Source of the DNA: Camelus ferus
Lineage: Eukaryota
Reading direction: 5' to 3'
Assembly (NCBI RefSeq): GCF_009834535.1
Contig: NC_045714.1
Coordinates: 18,414,001-18,478,000 of the forward strand
DNA length: 64,000 nt
Shown here: positions 35,700 through 49,222 of the stretch, piece after piece
How the letters are laid out: every line of letters starts with the position of its first letter
How positions within the stretch are numbered: position 1 is the first letter of the stretch
The notes under the pieces: model-generated
Told to the model about the DNA's origin: nothing
The model's database searches: none
Seen by the model: the letters and a program-made list of their open reading frames with translations, nothing else
Program-made: the position numbers and the translations under genes

Positions 35700-36330
35700 T
35701 AATAGACATGTGACATATGCGGGCCTAATCAGAGTGAAGCCCCAGGCTTCTGTGTGATGGTATAAGAAGAAAAGCCTCTTGCCTTCCAGACGGTATGAGG
35801 TATAGATATGAAGCCTGAAGTGGTACAGTCATCATGCCACCAAGAGGGAAACCATCCTGCAGTGAAGCCCCAAGAGAATCACAATGCAACAGAACGGGAA
35901 TTCTTTTCAAACCCGACCTGAAGCCCATGCTACCTTCAGCTACATGAGCAATAAATATCAGTCAGCTGTTGCCAAAACAGTGCTGTGTAACAAACCACCC
36001 CGAATGCATTGGTTTGAAAAAACTGCCATCTATTCTCACTCATGTAACACTGGGTCAGCTGGAAGAAGGCTGATGTCGGCTGGATTCATCTGGGTTTGGC
36101 TCTAGCCTGCAGATTCCAGACTGGCCTCACATCTCTTTTATCTCTTTTGATGAGAGAGAGTTGGGGCTATCCTTCTCGAGGCAAAGGTAACAGTGCAACA
36201 AGGGTAAAAGAGAATAAGCAATACTTCTTGAGCCTGGCCAAAGCAGGGCTGAGTCCAACACCGCCGAGCTGGGGAGGCAGTCTCACCTGTAGTGGGAGGA
36301 CCCTCAGAGGCACACAGCAAGGGCACAGCC
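35700..36330. mobile_element. Two old MLT1 LTR fragments in opposite orientations
   Basis: + strand piece ends cagctacatgagcaataaat (~35955), followed by a - strand piece starting gtgctgtgtaacaaaccacccc. Confidence 0.55.
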
Positions 36331-38005
36331 CCGGGGGGCGGGGGGGAGGCACAGCTGGGGAGAAAGATGCAGCCCACTGTGTTCCCTCGATTGTTTAGGC
36401 TGGTTTGTTTCTTTTCCACGCAACTAAAACCTTCCCAAACTGATCAACTTTCTAAATGACAATAATGAATGTCTCTAGTTTAGGTTAAAGAGTGAGTATC
36501 TCTTCTTCAAACAAATATGACTGATCGGTCCCGTGAGAATTTCCCGGGACAGGCCGATGAGAAATTCTGCAAGGAAACAGTCAATGCTGGTACACGTGGG
36601 TGCCACCGTGTACTGTGTTCTGGTTAATTCCCAAGGCAGGGGTGGCGGCAGCAGACTGGGTCTGGTGGTGCAGAGTTCAGAGGACAGGAAGCCGAGGTGG
36701 CGGGATGATGGCATCCAATCGCAGGTCTAATGAACAGACGTAAGATGCAAGCATCCTCACAGAGGTCAGAACCCAAGATTCCTGCCACAGGCGGTGTGCT
36801 CAGACATTCGCCTCTGCTGTCCGGAAGCATATGCTAACATCGAAACACGGGCAGTAATGAAATTCCCTGGTAAAGAATTAAACCCCATTTACAAAACGGC
36901 TCCTGAATCAACGACACAAAGGCCTGGGGAACAGAACAGAATGGCCTTTGTTTTCCACACAATAGCTTCAACACCGACAGCTGCCAGGCCTCAGAAATCA
37001 CCTTCCTAACCGCTGAATACACAAGGTGGCCTCGGGTGTCTGTCGAGTTAGATCAGCACCAACGGTGGTGGGCGTCTCGGGAGGGTGATCGGACGCCACA
37101 GTGATTCTCAAGAAACCCAATTTTGTGCCCAGGCTGTAATTAAAAACAGATTCATCATCAGGTATGAAAAAGTGACCTGAAAAAGCCGCATTATTTTTTT
37201 CTTTTGTTAGGATAGATGGTTTTTAAATATCATGAAAAAAAAATTCTTTCCAGACTGGAAATGTCTTCCAGTGACAACTGCGAATGAAAACTGCTTCTGC
37301 TGCTTCACAAAGGGCTTGTTTTGCCCAGAAGCCGGAGGTGCGAGGCATCGTGGGAGGAGAGCAGAATGTGTCCACTTCCATGTTCCTTCAAACTACACGT
37401 TTTCACAGCCAAGAAAAGCAGACATGGAAGACCCGCCGAGCCCAGCCAGCTTTCCCTCTACTCGGTCTGATCACCTACCAAAAATGTCCCGGGCACTGGA
37501 GGCCCTGTTTTAGATTTTTGGTTTTGTTTTTTATTTCCTTAATAGTAGAGCAAAAATAAAAGCCATTATCTATTGACTCATATTTTATAGACAGAAATTA
37601 AATATCCCTTGTGATGGTAAATTACCAAAAATCAAACAGAGGCGTCTCTATAAGCTATTTAACTAGACACTGTGCCAGCGATACTATGGGTGAGAGATCA
37701 GATTCTTACCTCCATGGCCTTTTGAGACGTTTATGATTCTATTTTTCTAATGACATGAAGTCAGCCTTTTTAGACAAAAGGATGATTTTAAATATAGAGA
37801 ACAACAGGTACCCCAGCGAGAAGGAATAAACCATGCATCACGCATAAGCTGACCTTTTAGGGCTAAAAGAGATGTTCCTTAAGATGGATTATGGCTCTCA
37901 CAGTGAGTTTGAAACCCAAGCTTTAAGTTCCATCCCTTAGACGGGAGAGGAAAGAAAGATAACACGGGATTCCCCGCTGGGAAACTCGAGGGCTGGGCTC
38001 GAGGT

Positions 38006-38034
38006 GGGGGGAGGGGGAGCGCGGGGGAGGGGGG
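38006..38034 (+). other. Canonical G-quadruplex motif G6-A-G5-AGCGC-G5-A-G6
   Basis: Read directly from the sequence. Confidence 0.75.
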
Positions 38035-38782
38035 TGCACGCAGGACCTGGAGGGAAATGATGATAGAAGTCTGGTGGGGGGCTGTTGAGATGAGAAAATA
38101 AGGAATAGAAATGAGCACATGTTTAAGTTTTGACCTATTTGTTCGCAATTTCCTACGAGCTTCTGGAACAAAACACCATGTACACGTGAATGCGTGAGCC
38201 GCCCAGGAGGTCTGTTCCCTTCATTCATCAGGTCTGTCTGTCGCCCTCCACCTAGACGGTTTGCTTTCTGAGGTCAGGGGCTACATCTTTGTTTTCTGAG
38301 GCCCTTTTGTTCTAGTTTATTTTTGGTTTGTTTCTGCACAAGTCCTTCCGTAACATTGCTGGACATTCAATAAATGGTGAGAAAACAGACATGCGACATG
38401 CTGACTTTGCCTTCCATGAGCCCTTCTAAAAGGGTGTTGACATAATTTCTACTGATTCAAATTATTTCTCTTGGTTCTTTTCCAGTTGCTTAAATGACCA
38501 AACAAATGATTTAGACATAATTAGATCTACTTCGGATTAGGTTTGATCTTTTTAGTAAAAATGATACTGGCGTGCATCCTCACGTGAGTTTATGCTGTGA
38601 TTCACATACATTTATCAACAGACCTTATAACACAGAGTTCTGAGTTTTCTGCATGCTTGTTAACTGTCCTGTGTGTACAAACAATCGGTCAAAATATATT
38701 TTATCTGATATACGTAGACCTGAGTTCTGTGTTTCCCCTTCTGGTCTGGTGTCTGTTGTACACTTAGAATGAATTAGAATGA

Positions 38783-38908
38783 GGAGGGAGGGTGCAGCTT
38801 GGTGGTCAAGTGTGTGCTTAGTCTGCACGAGGTCCTGGGTTCAGTCTCCAGTGCCTCTGCCAAAATAAATAAGCCTAATTTACCTCCCCCTCCCCCTCAA
38901 TTTTTTTT
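38783..38908 (+). mobile_element. Vic-1-like SINE (more diverged) with 15-bp TSD
   Basis: ggagggagggtgcagcttggtggtcaagtgtgtgcttagtctgcacgaggtcctgggttcagtctcc; TSD aatgaattagaatga (38768-38782) / aatgagttggaatga (38909-38923). Confidence 0.85.
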
Positions 38909-39149
38909 AAATGAGTTGGAATGACAACAAAAGCATTTATGAAACTCAATTTCAACAACAGATCCCAAATCAGAAGTTTCTAAAATTATAAACAGTCCAT
39001 TGAACTAGAAACAGTCAAAATAGATGCAAATGATCCCACACAGTAAACCCAATTCACACTGAAATGGGACGTAACAACATGTGTGGTGAACTTTTTCTAA
39101 CGATACCATTTCATCTGGGGGTCACGTTCAGCCTCCAAGGTCACTGGAC

Positions 39150-39290
39150 CGGGCATCATTAGCCTAGTGGCAAGGTTTGGGCTTGTTTCCTTAATTCTGC
39201 TACTGGTTGAAATGCTGAGCCTCTTTTCCTTAAATATCAGTTTCCTCGGGTGTAAAATGGAAGTAAATTACACAAACCTCTGCCTTCCTC
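39150..39290 (+). mobile_element. MIR fragment
   Basis: ttaaatatcagtttcctcgggtgtaaaatggaagtaa resembles the MIR core. Confidence 0.55.
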
Positions 39291-40479
39291 AGCAGGCAAA
39301 CATGGGAACTATTCATTAAAAAACGCCCACCAATACTTGGAGCTTTGCAGGCAAAGATGTTACACGCGGTAAAGTTGCACATCCTCTCACCCATCTGCAA
39401 TATGAAAGGCAAATCTTCGAAAAACACATTTTAAAAGGGCAAAACAAGGCGCTCTGTTTTCAGCCCCACACCCGCGTGGAGATGGTTTTCCTTACAGAAA
39501 GCTGCCAACGACTTCAAAGGAGCTCCGTCCATGCAAGGAAATGGAAGATGGAAAGAGTCAGCGCCATTAGGAGTAGGATTTCTGAAATTCTTAATAAGCC
39601 TATTTTTGCTTTATAAATGTAATTTTTTTCTCCCTATGATTTTTCCATTCTCTCTCTTCTTTTTGAGAAGCCCCGTTTCCCAATTTGATCAAAGTAAATA
39701 ATGACCAGTTGACAGCGCTATAAAAATCAGTGTCAGCTTCAGAGGTCAAAGTTCATAAGTTGACCTCTTTGGGGCAAAGTATCGCAATATTTACCACGTA
39801 AGTAAAGAGTAGGGAGATATGGACGCATAAACAAGGATCAGTAAGTCGCAAAGCTCTTCCGCAGATCCAAAATGCAACTCTGAAAAGCCTTTCTGCGAAA
39901 ATCATTAAAAGGACTCAAGAGCATGATAGGAAGTCCGTCACCTCTGCCCCAGAAGAGCCGGGGCTGTCAAGACAGTGCCGTGGTTTTAAGCCTCGTTTTA
40001 TGAAGGATTTTCTTACCTTTCTCTTTGTCAGGGAAAGGGCAGCTCGCTGCTAACGGTTTCCGCAGCTCCAGCCCTTGGGAAAATGCACACTGTTCTGTCT
40101 CTGTCACCTGCGGAGAGTGACGATGACTCCAGGACCCTTTCGGGCTGTCTCTCCTGTCACGGGGACGGGCACACTGAAAACGGTGCAACGTGGGGCCGAG
40201 GCTGGGCTGGGCTCACCGCAGCACTCCTGCCGCTGCCCCAGGCACACTCCGGGCACTCAGGAAAGGTCTGGGAAGAGAATGAGGCATGAATTTGGCCTCT
40301 GCAAAATTATTAGCAACACTACCCATGAAGGATTCTTTAAAGAACTATGATGCCTTTAATTCCTTTTCATTCTTCACGTGATTCCGGGCAACCAGTGGGA
40401 GCTTGAATCCCAGCTGAAAAAAGAAGATTCCTGTTTCAGGTAGGGTTGGGTACAACAGAAAACACAGCTTAAACGGGAA

Positions 40480-40945
40480 ACAGTGGCTTTAACAGGATAG
40501 AAGATCATTTCTCTCTTCTGCAAAAGAAATCTCGAAACGCACAGCCCAGGGCTGTGGAGACAGAGCCACAAACTTATCAAAGACCCAGACTTCTACCTGC
40601 CTAGCTCCCCATCCTAGTGCAAGGCTTGCATCCTCAAGGATGGATGGCCCAGGATGGCTGCTGGGAATCCAGCCATCATGTCCTCATTCCAGGCAGCAGG
40701 AAGTAGAAGGGAGGAAAGAAAAAAAGGGCCCTCTTTCCAGTGAGCCACTTCCTTCAAGCTGCCTTCTCAAAATGGCCCTCCAACTACTTCTATTACCATC
40801 TCAGTGGCCAAAGCTGGGTCATACCGTCAAGTCAGATGCAAGGTAGGCTGAGAAACATATTCTCTTAGTTGGGTGCATTGCTGCCTTGAATAAAACTGAG
40901 ACTCCATTACTAAGGCTAAAGGAAGGAATGGATATTGGAGGTAAT
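40480..40945 (-). mobile_element. Old MLT1 (K/L-like) LTR
   Basis: tcaaagacccagacttc...ccaggatggctgctgggaatccagccatcatgtcctcattccaggcagcaggaag...gatgcaaggtaggctgagaaac. Confidence 0.7.
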
Positions 40946-43147
40946 GCATGGTCTTTGCTGTCATTCCTTAAGCCTTTATAATTCAATAAGAAAATTCGCT
41001 TAACTTGCATTTTTCTTATAAACTCCATTTTCCCCATCCCTCCTACACCCATAATTCCCACCTGGCAATTGTCATTATTCTGCAAAGGTTTTAAAAAGTT
41101 CAAGCTATTGCCATCCCACGACATTCAGTTCTAGGATGCATTTTTTCCCTGCATCAGCATCCCTGAAATCAGCCTCATGCACGATGCCATCTCAGCCGCT
41201 GGGATCAGTCAGGTGTCGGCAGTGACACAGTTGTCCTTTCTGGGCACGGGTGACTTGGTTATGGCTGTGTACTGTCATCATTTCCGGAAAGTCATGTGCA
41301 TTATGTGACAACACGTGTTGAGTTTAACTGCTGCTGACAACGCCTTCAAAAAGATTACAGCATGATTTGGCATCGAAATGAACACTTATTGTGTTCCCAA
41401 AGAGGCCCGGAAACCGAGCGGCAGGGTGCAAATTTGACATTAGCGAAGCAAATGTTAGTCATTGGAGGAATGGCTGTAATTTCATATTTTCTTGCAATGC
41501 AACAATCAAGTGCCTTACAGGAACAAATAAAGGATGACAGGTACCTACAAGTAGATGAAGCTGTGTCACATTCTGGTTCTGAGACACATGCAAAATTTTT
41601 TTCCCATCACACGGCAAACAATGCAGCTGCTGGGGATGTAGACTGGCTCTCCTGTCTGAATAGACGAGAGACATTTCAAAGCAGTAAGACTTCCACGATT
41701 GATTCCTATTCCGTTCAGGGCTCTCCTGAAGACACTGTGTCACAGTTTAATTGGCCGTGTTTTTTTCTTAGTGGTACAGAAAGGTACAGTCTTATAATAA
41801 TGACATCTTAGATTTGATAAAGGTGATTAAGTTCACTGGGTTTTAATTAAATAACAGCCGGAACAAGTAGCTCAGGTGATCATCGGGAACGTGATGGCTT
41901 TGATGCGATACCTGAATGTTGGTGAGGGAGATGCACCGTTGGCTTTTCAGACACGGAGTCCCACAGATCCACAGCGTGGGGCCGGCCAGCACACGCGCCA
42001 GGATACCCAGAACTGGCTCCACGCCCTCTCTCCCCACCTGGAGGGAGTGATGCCACGTGTTTAGAAACATCCTCTGGGCCCCCACGTCATGCCCAGCGGA
42101 TCCTGTCCGTTAGGGTCCACGCATCATTTTCGGTACAGTGTCGGCCACACACTCTGGGGTGAGCAGACGGGGAAAGGCAGGCAGGAAGCAGATCCGCGCA
42201 GGGAGATGGTTCTCGGCACCAGTGAGCTGCCCTGCGTTGCTCTGAAAGCTACGGGTTGCTACTATATGATATCCGTGTCTCCTGAAAGAATTCATTGACT
42301 TAACATCCAGCTGCCCAGCCATTCTCAGCTCCCACACGCCCACGAAAGAGCCGCCTGGAATGGGATGAAAGGAAGGCATGGCCTCAGAGGTTTCGCAAAC
42401 ACTCCAATTCCAAGGCGATGGAAGGCATTCTTCCTGCGAAACAGTGCCCGTCTGAAATGACGGCAGTCTTCCTCGAGGCGTCTGAGGGTGAAAATGGGCC
42501 TCCATGTATTAAACACAACATGCACTTGTGTGTGTGTTTATAGTACGGAATTTGGATGCCTTAATGACAGGTAATGAATCAGAGAAATATAGGAAACGAT
42601 CGGAGGTAAGTTTATTCTCTTGAGACTTCTGCTAAGTGAAAAAAGTTGTGCTGTTGGTTGTGTTCACTTCCTAAAAAAATGTTTGTGGGGAATGTGTGAG
42701 GTGTCATCTGTCTGGACATTACTAGATTAAAGAGAGAGGACTTCGGGTCATCCATCCTTCTCTTTCAATCCCATTTCGTAAAGGGTGGTTCCCGTGGCTT
42801 ACCAGGGGTGCGAGAACAGCTGATGATCAGCCACAGGCTTTAAAATATTTCACATTAAATATCCTGGCAATAGACTGGAATCTGCCTTCATTCCCATAGA
42901 AGCAACTTACAAATATACAACAAGGAGTTTCTGTAGCAAAGAGTCATTTCCCCAGTGTGAGAAGCAATACCAGGGAAAACAATGTTTGTATGAAATCAAT
43001 ATTCTAGCAACAAGGCCGGTCTGACTTGCTGGTGGAGAAGGCAGCTGAATACGTGGAGTGATTCTGAGGGCACTGGCATAATTTATTCAGAATCCTGATG
43101 CCTGAAATTCTCCCATCTGCTTTGATGTAGAGCTTAATTCGAAAATT

Positions 43148-43320
43148 TCAATTCAGCAAATTCACACTGAGCACCTGCCACGCACCTAGCAGCAGCCTTA
43201 GGGCTGAGGTAAGAATCAGGCATGGCTCCTGTCTAAGGAATTCTCCTTCGGTCAGCAGACAGACATGTAAACAAATAAAAGGCAGTGTGTGTGATAAAGG
43301 CAGTGTGTCAGAGAGCTATG
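43148..43320 (-). mobile_element. L2 3' end fragment
   Basis: caattcagcaaattcacactgagcacctgccacgcacctagc...cagacagacatgtaaacaaataa. Confidence 0.55.
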
Positions 43321-46300
43321 ACTGTGTAACAAACCCACCTGGGATCGAGCGGATTAGAAGAACGAGCACTCACTGGACTCATGATGGCGGGAAGTCAGGG
43401 AGGTCTTCATGGAGGGAGCGGCAGCGGATGTGGGATTTAGAATGAATATAAGATGTTCCCCAGGTGGACAAGGGCAAGAACAACTCTCCGGATGGGAGGG
43501 AAAAGCCCGTGTGCGGGTCTGGAAGGGGACACGTCCCACGGAAGGACAGATTAGTCTCCACACATGCGTTTCCAGATGATGTCCTCAGAGGCAGACTGGT
43601 CCCGCACGGGCCCAGGGAAGCAGACATGGAGGGGACAGGTGGGGAGGGAGGAAAACCTCTGGTGCCTCTGGGTGCCTCTGGGTGCGGAGTGAGATGGGAG
43701 CTTTCTGTTCTCCTGGGGACGGGCTGCGTGCTCGGGTTGGGTCCATGGCTATTTGTTCGGCTGGTTTAGGTCTCGGTTCCTCTGCCGGGGCAGGAGGAGC
43801 TCACTTTCCTGAGATCTCCTGTCCGAGTGAGTGCTGCTCCACGGAGGCCACTTTTCAAGCTGGCTGTCTCCCCAGCATTTCTTTATTTTCACTCTTGGAC
43901 CCTTTTCCATGCACACTTGCATGTCCTGCAAGCCAGCTGGAGCGCACGACTGCGCTCTCGTTTCTAAGGTGTGCCTTCCGGCACGCACGCCTCAGTCTTT
44001 CCATCGGGCTCTTTATTTCCCCCGACATCCAATTGTGTCTCGGAGCTGGTCTGAAGCAATCCTGCATTCCTCTTTCATCTCTGGATTCTCTTTCACGTGA
44101 CTTTAAATTTCTGCACACCAGAAGGTTTGCTCGGCTTTTGTGAGAGCAACACAATGACTGTTTTGAAAGGCTGAGCCTTTCTGAAAATTCCGACGAAGCA
44201 TGAATTCTAAGGCTCAAAACAAAGTTCAAAGGAACCTGGTCAGAATCCATGGGCCAGTCTCTTGGTTGGAGGGAAGGACTGGCGGGGAGGAATAAACAGA
44301 CTCAGCGTCTCTGAAAACTGACACGAAAAGAGAGTGAAGCAGAAACCTTTACAGGAAGGCCAGCGCGAGTGGGCGCGGTCAGCGCCCAGCACAGGTGGGG
44401 ACAGGTTTTAGGAAAGCACGGAGGCCGACGCCAGCCACTCAGATGCCTCGCATCCGATCAGGGAAAGCAAACGTCTTGGTTCCACTGCTGATTCTCGGGG
44501 AGAAGGGGAGCTAACTGCACGGAAGAAACTGGCGCGGAAACTGCCCACGCCTTTCCTTCTCCTCATTCTCTGAATCGGTTTCTGACGGTTGGGGCAGCAC
44601 TGCGGGGCAACACTAATCCCGCGCTCTCCACGGAAGCGTCTCCCTCACAGTAAGACAGTAAGTGTCTACGGCATCTGAAGCCACCAGGCACACGCGCGTG
44701 CACACGCACGGCAACGGCAATCCTGCGGCAGCTAATTAGCACAAAAGGCCAGGCCGTGCCTGGAGGGCCTAAGAGGGGGGCTGGCTGGAACTCCTGTGGG
44801 AACCACCCCTGGGAAGGCAGGTGTCACCTGCAGGGTGTCTGAGACTCCACATACAGGACCAAGCAGCAGTCCTTGGGAGAGTGTCCCCCTTGGCTCGCTC
44901 TGCTGTGTATTCTTCAAACACAAACTATATATGGAAAACAACAACACAGCAGCAACAACTAAAACCTCCCTTGGTGGGACACGAGGGAAGAGGCGAGCGT
45001 GCTGCGCGGTCCTCACACCTGGGCACGGCTGACTTCACGCTCCAGTGCAAAGACAGCCCAGAACTTTTCATTTCTCACATGCGCGTCAGCGGTAAACAGC
45101 CCCAGTGCTCGTGTTAATGACACCATCTGGCGGCTCCCATAACTGTGTGGCGTTCGGCTTCCAAACAAGATGTAATGGCAGCAACACATGAAACCCACTG
45201 ACATTTACAGTAAGGAAATTTATTATCCGCCGTCGGTTTGTATAAATGTGTTTGCATGACTGCTGGGGCTATAAAATCATCACCTTTGCCAGGCAAGAGA
45301 AGGTGCAATAAATAATGGATTTTAAGCCATGCATGTTCTACCAAATCATTAAACATTTATCGCGCAGGGACAATAGCATCTTAAGCAACAGTTACCACTT
45401 GAAAAATTAATGCCACTTTTGAGGCTTAAATGAAAACCGTTTAGTCTAAGCTTTAATGACTTTTAATATGGTTCAGGACAGAACACAAGGATTTTATCAT
45501 TCTTATTTTTTAGTTGAATATGATATGTGCATGTATATAGCTCTTTCATAATAATTTTCTCTTGAGAAACTACCAGTCTAGGCTCTTTTGTCTAAAAAAA
45601 AAATACTCAAAAATATAAACTGAAATGTTTCATGAAAAGAAGCATTGTTAAAAGCTTTTCAAAACCAGAAATGACAAAAGAAAGCTTCCAGGGGGCCAGT
45701 CTTCCCTTTAAAACCCTTAATGGATTAGTCAGTTATGGCTGCAATTAAATCATTTTAACTTTGAATTAAGGAAACAAGTAAGTATAAAGTCAAAACCGAC
45801 CAAATCCCTCGAGGGACCCAGCCACATTTGTCCCCTTTACTTAGTCCTTTAAAATGCTCTCCCCACAGGGCGTCCAGCCATTTTCTCCTTTCTGCTTGTG
45901 CTGTGGGGATCCACGGCTTTTTAAAAAAATCCGTGGAAACAACAATTCAAAACACAGACAGAGCGGGGGATGGCTGTCGGCTTTACCGAGGATTCATCAA
46001 ACAATACTGTTTGATTTGAAGGAACAAAGAGAAACCTAGGTGGGAACTAGGTGGGGACTGGTTTGCCTTCTTCTGGCCACGGAACAGGGAAGGCGTAGAG
46101 CCAGGGCCCTTCCCCACACCTCCCCGAGGAGGGGAACCAGCAGACCAAGTCCGGACCCAGGCTCCACTGTGGGAGGCTACGACCGGGAGGCGTTCTCGGA
46201 ACAGCACCACCTCAACACGTAAGAGGTCACCCAGCGAGAGGAGACAGAGGAAGCTCGGTGCTTAGTGAGCAGCACTGTGTTTAAAAAAAATAGTTTTAGG

Positions 46301-48015
46301 CAGACCTCGAGAAATGATGGAACTAGAGACTCTCGACTCCCCCGCCCCTCCAGACACACCTCCTGGACAGGAGGCCAGGGAGGGCTCTCTGGAAGGGGCG
46401 TCCCTGTAGGAGGGGACGACGGTCTGCAGGACAGTCCGGAGGCCCACGCGCGAGCCCTGCTGCCATCGCTGAGTCAGTGGAAAGGCGAGCCGGCATTTCC
46501 ACCTTCCTCCCCAGTGCTGACCGGCACCCCGACCGCTCCATGGGCTGCCCCACCGTGCGCCTGAGGGTTGAAATCCCAGGTTTTGTCAAGATGACACTGT
46601 GAGGGCGGCTTCCCTGCTTGTCAAGGAGGACCATCCATCCTTTAGAGAACTTCAGAGCCCGGCCAGGGCAGACAGGGGGCGGGTGGCCACCGCCACCCAC
46701 TGCCGTCCTAAGTGCCCACGGAGGTGCCCATCCGCACGCCCACGAGTCCCTACTGCACGAGGGAGTGACCCCGGCCACCGCTCTGCTGGGTCATGTGGAC
46801 GTGAACCCCGTCCACTGGGACTGTGGTCCTGTTACGACGTGACAGGTATTGCTTGAGACTTGACCTTCAAACAAAAGCACGAGGCGGGGGGTTGGACTCA
46901 AGCAGTTCCTCTGCCTACTGTCCTGAGAGGGCTCAGCACGCACGCCCTGCCCTTCCATCGGTCCTGAGTAATTTCAGTCCTTCCCAGGGCTCCAGCTGCG
47001 GTGGTGCACGTGCTGGAAGTGGCTGCCAGCGCCCCCGGGCGGGGCAGAGGAGGGACACACAACATCAAGAGAGCCCTGCCCTTTTCTTCCAAAGTGGCGC
47101 TGGTGCCTGGATGAACCGATCAGCCTCCACGCGTGTGTGTGTGCGTGTGTGTGCGCGCGTGTGCGTGAGCAAGACACACAGAGACAGACAGACGGAGGGG
47201 CAGAGACAGAATGTGCAGCAAGGCAGAAGCAGCTCTCCTGAGGGTGAGATACAAGCTGACAGTCTGAGTGCAACTGGGAAATGAGGGAAAAAAAAAAATG
47301 AACAGTTAACAATGAAGAAAGAGAAACAAGAAGCAATTCAACAGATGTATGTCATTTCTGCTCTTCGGCCAGGGCCGGTTTTTCTTGTTAATTGTATCAC
47401 CTATTCTCTCCTTGTATTGATAATTACATAATTACATGAGACAGATGGGCGGCAGAGCGTACCCAGATGGGGAGGACGTAAACAGGCTGACAAATTGCTT
47501 ATTCTTGAGCAGATTACAAAGAATTATTTAATAATACATAGATTTCTATACTCTACACATCTGTTAAGTAGAGCCTTCAAAACAGCAGTTACTTTGTCAT
47601 TTTTTTTCTTACAACGCCCTCCCAGGAATCTGTGGGAGGCCCACTGCCATCAGGTAAAACGTCTGACCTTTTCCAAACATTTGGATACATGAAATTCTAA
47701 ACTCTCATCTTAGTCCCCGGGTTTCCCCTGCCTCTTAAAACATAGAAATCATCATTTTAAGGAGAATTGCAATCCCACATGGCATTAATTCTGCTTTGAG
47801 CAAACTGTGGACAAAACACGAGGTGGAGGTTGCTTTAAGAACAGAATCTGAAACGTTTCAATTGCATCTGATGGGCTTCTTGCATGAACTTCTTTTAAAA
47901 TAGCCGTGAAGTAAGAGACAGAGCAACAGCGCCGGGTCCTTGGGGCTGTGCCCACGGAGGGCGGGCTCTCGTGCAGGGACACGTTGCATTGCTGGGGGGT
48001 GTGACAGAAGTGAAA

Positions 48016-48310
48016 CCAGCTCCTTCCTCCCGGCCCTCACAGCGCCTCCCTGCCCCATCAGATCAGGCTTCAGTGACCCTCCCGGGAGCTCTTTCCTGCC
48101 CCTGCGCCACACCCTCCATCCCCGCCTGGGCTTCCTTCTTGCCCCGCCTGGCACAGAGCGTCCTTGTCCGTCTCTCCACTGTCTGCCTCCCACTGGCTCA
48201 TGGGCACCAGGCAGCAGGGGTTTGTCCGCTTTCTTACTGCTGCGGCCCCAGTGCCAAGGATGGGCCCAGCACGTGGCCAGCACACAGTGAGTCTCGATGG
48301 AACAAATGAC
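48016..48310 (+). mobile_element. L2 3' region fragment
   Basis: tcaggcttcagtgaccctcccgggagctctttcctgccc...gtctgcctcccactgg...gcccagcacgtggccagcacacagtgagtctcgatgg. Confidence 0.6.
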
Positions 48311-48533
48311 GTACATTAATTCTCCACCTCCAAGCTTCCCAACAGCCGCGTGGAGCAGACCCAGGCCCGTGGTCCAGGCAGGAGCTGGGGCAGAGGATCC
48401 TGGGCACGCAGGGGCTGGCATGACCCTGGGAAAGACGAGCCCAAACCACGGTGTGCATCAGAGCTGGGGACAAAGAACAGAACACCTAGACACAGTGACG
48501 TGGCGGGGCAGGGGCCCGCCTGGCTCTTGGGGA

Positions 48534-48567
48534 GACCCTGGGTAGGGGAGGACCCTGGGTAGGGGAG
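48534..48567 (+). repeat. Perfect 17-bp tandem duplication (gaccctgggtaggggag)x2
   Basis: Read directly; also G-run rich. Confidence 0.9.
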
Positions 48568-48769
48568 GCAGGTGAGGAACAGAACTCCGGGACCAGGCTG
48601 TCACAACCCGCTGTGGTCTCAGGGTTGACGACGGGGAGACATGCTTGGAAATTGAGCACTTCTCTAGGAACATTTTCGGATGGTGTGTGTTGTTTTGTGT
48701 GTGCACGTGTATGTCAGAGGGAGGGAGAGAAAGAGAGAAGAAGAGAGAGAGGCTCGTGGGTTCATAAGC

Positions 48770-48930
48770 AGCTTTTGAGAAGACTTGGGTTTGAAACCTA
48801 ATGATGCGGTTTAACAACAGGATGAATTTCAAGACCACCAGTGGTTGTGGGGATTAAATGAACTAATTCATATAAAGAACACAGAACAGCATCTTCACGT
48901 CTAACACGGAACAAATGGTAGCTATTCATA
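48770..48930 (+). mobile_element. MIR 3' fragment
   Basis: ggttgtggggattaaatgaactaattcatataaagaacacagaacag...aatggtagctatt. Confidence 0.6.
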
Positions 48931-49190
48931 CTTTTCCTGACTTCACTCGGTCGTTCTGAATTTTGGCATATTTTATTTTGAAAAGAAATATAATGAAACT
49001 AATTGGATAGTCTCGTTGAATTACAGAGTGCTTTATGTTCTATTCTGCAAAGTCAATATTCAGAAGAAATGTTTTAATTCCCTCTAACACTAGTACTAGA
49101 CACAATCAGCTTTGTTTATGTATATTTCCTTCCTGTTTGTGTCTTATGCATGCTTATTTCTATGCAGCTGAAATGAGCTCATAGTGAAAT

Positions 49191-49222
49191 CACACACATA
49201 CACACACACACACACACACACA
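49191..49222 (+). repeat. (CA)4TA(CA)11 microsatellite
   Basis: Read directly. Confidence 0.95.

Noticed and set aside
41362-41811. 149-aa ORF in a repeat-poor block
   Set aside because: No recognisable domain, antisense intronic; the block is more plausibly non-coding regulatory DNA.
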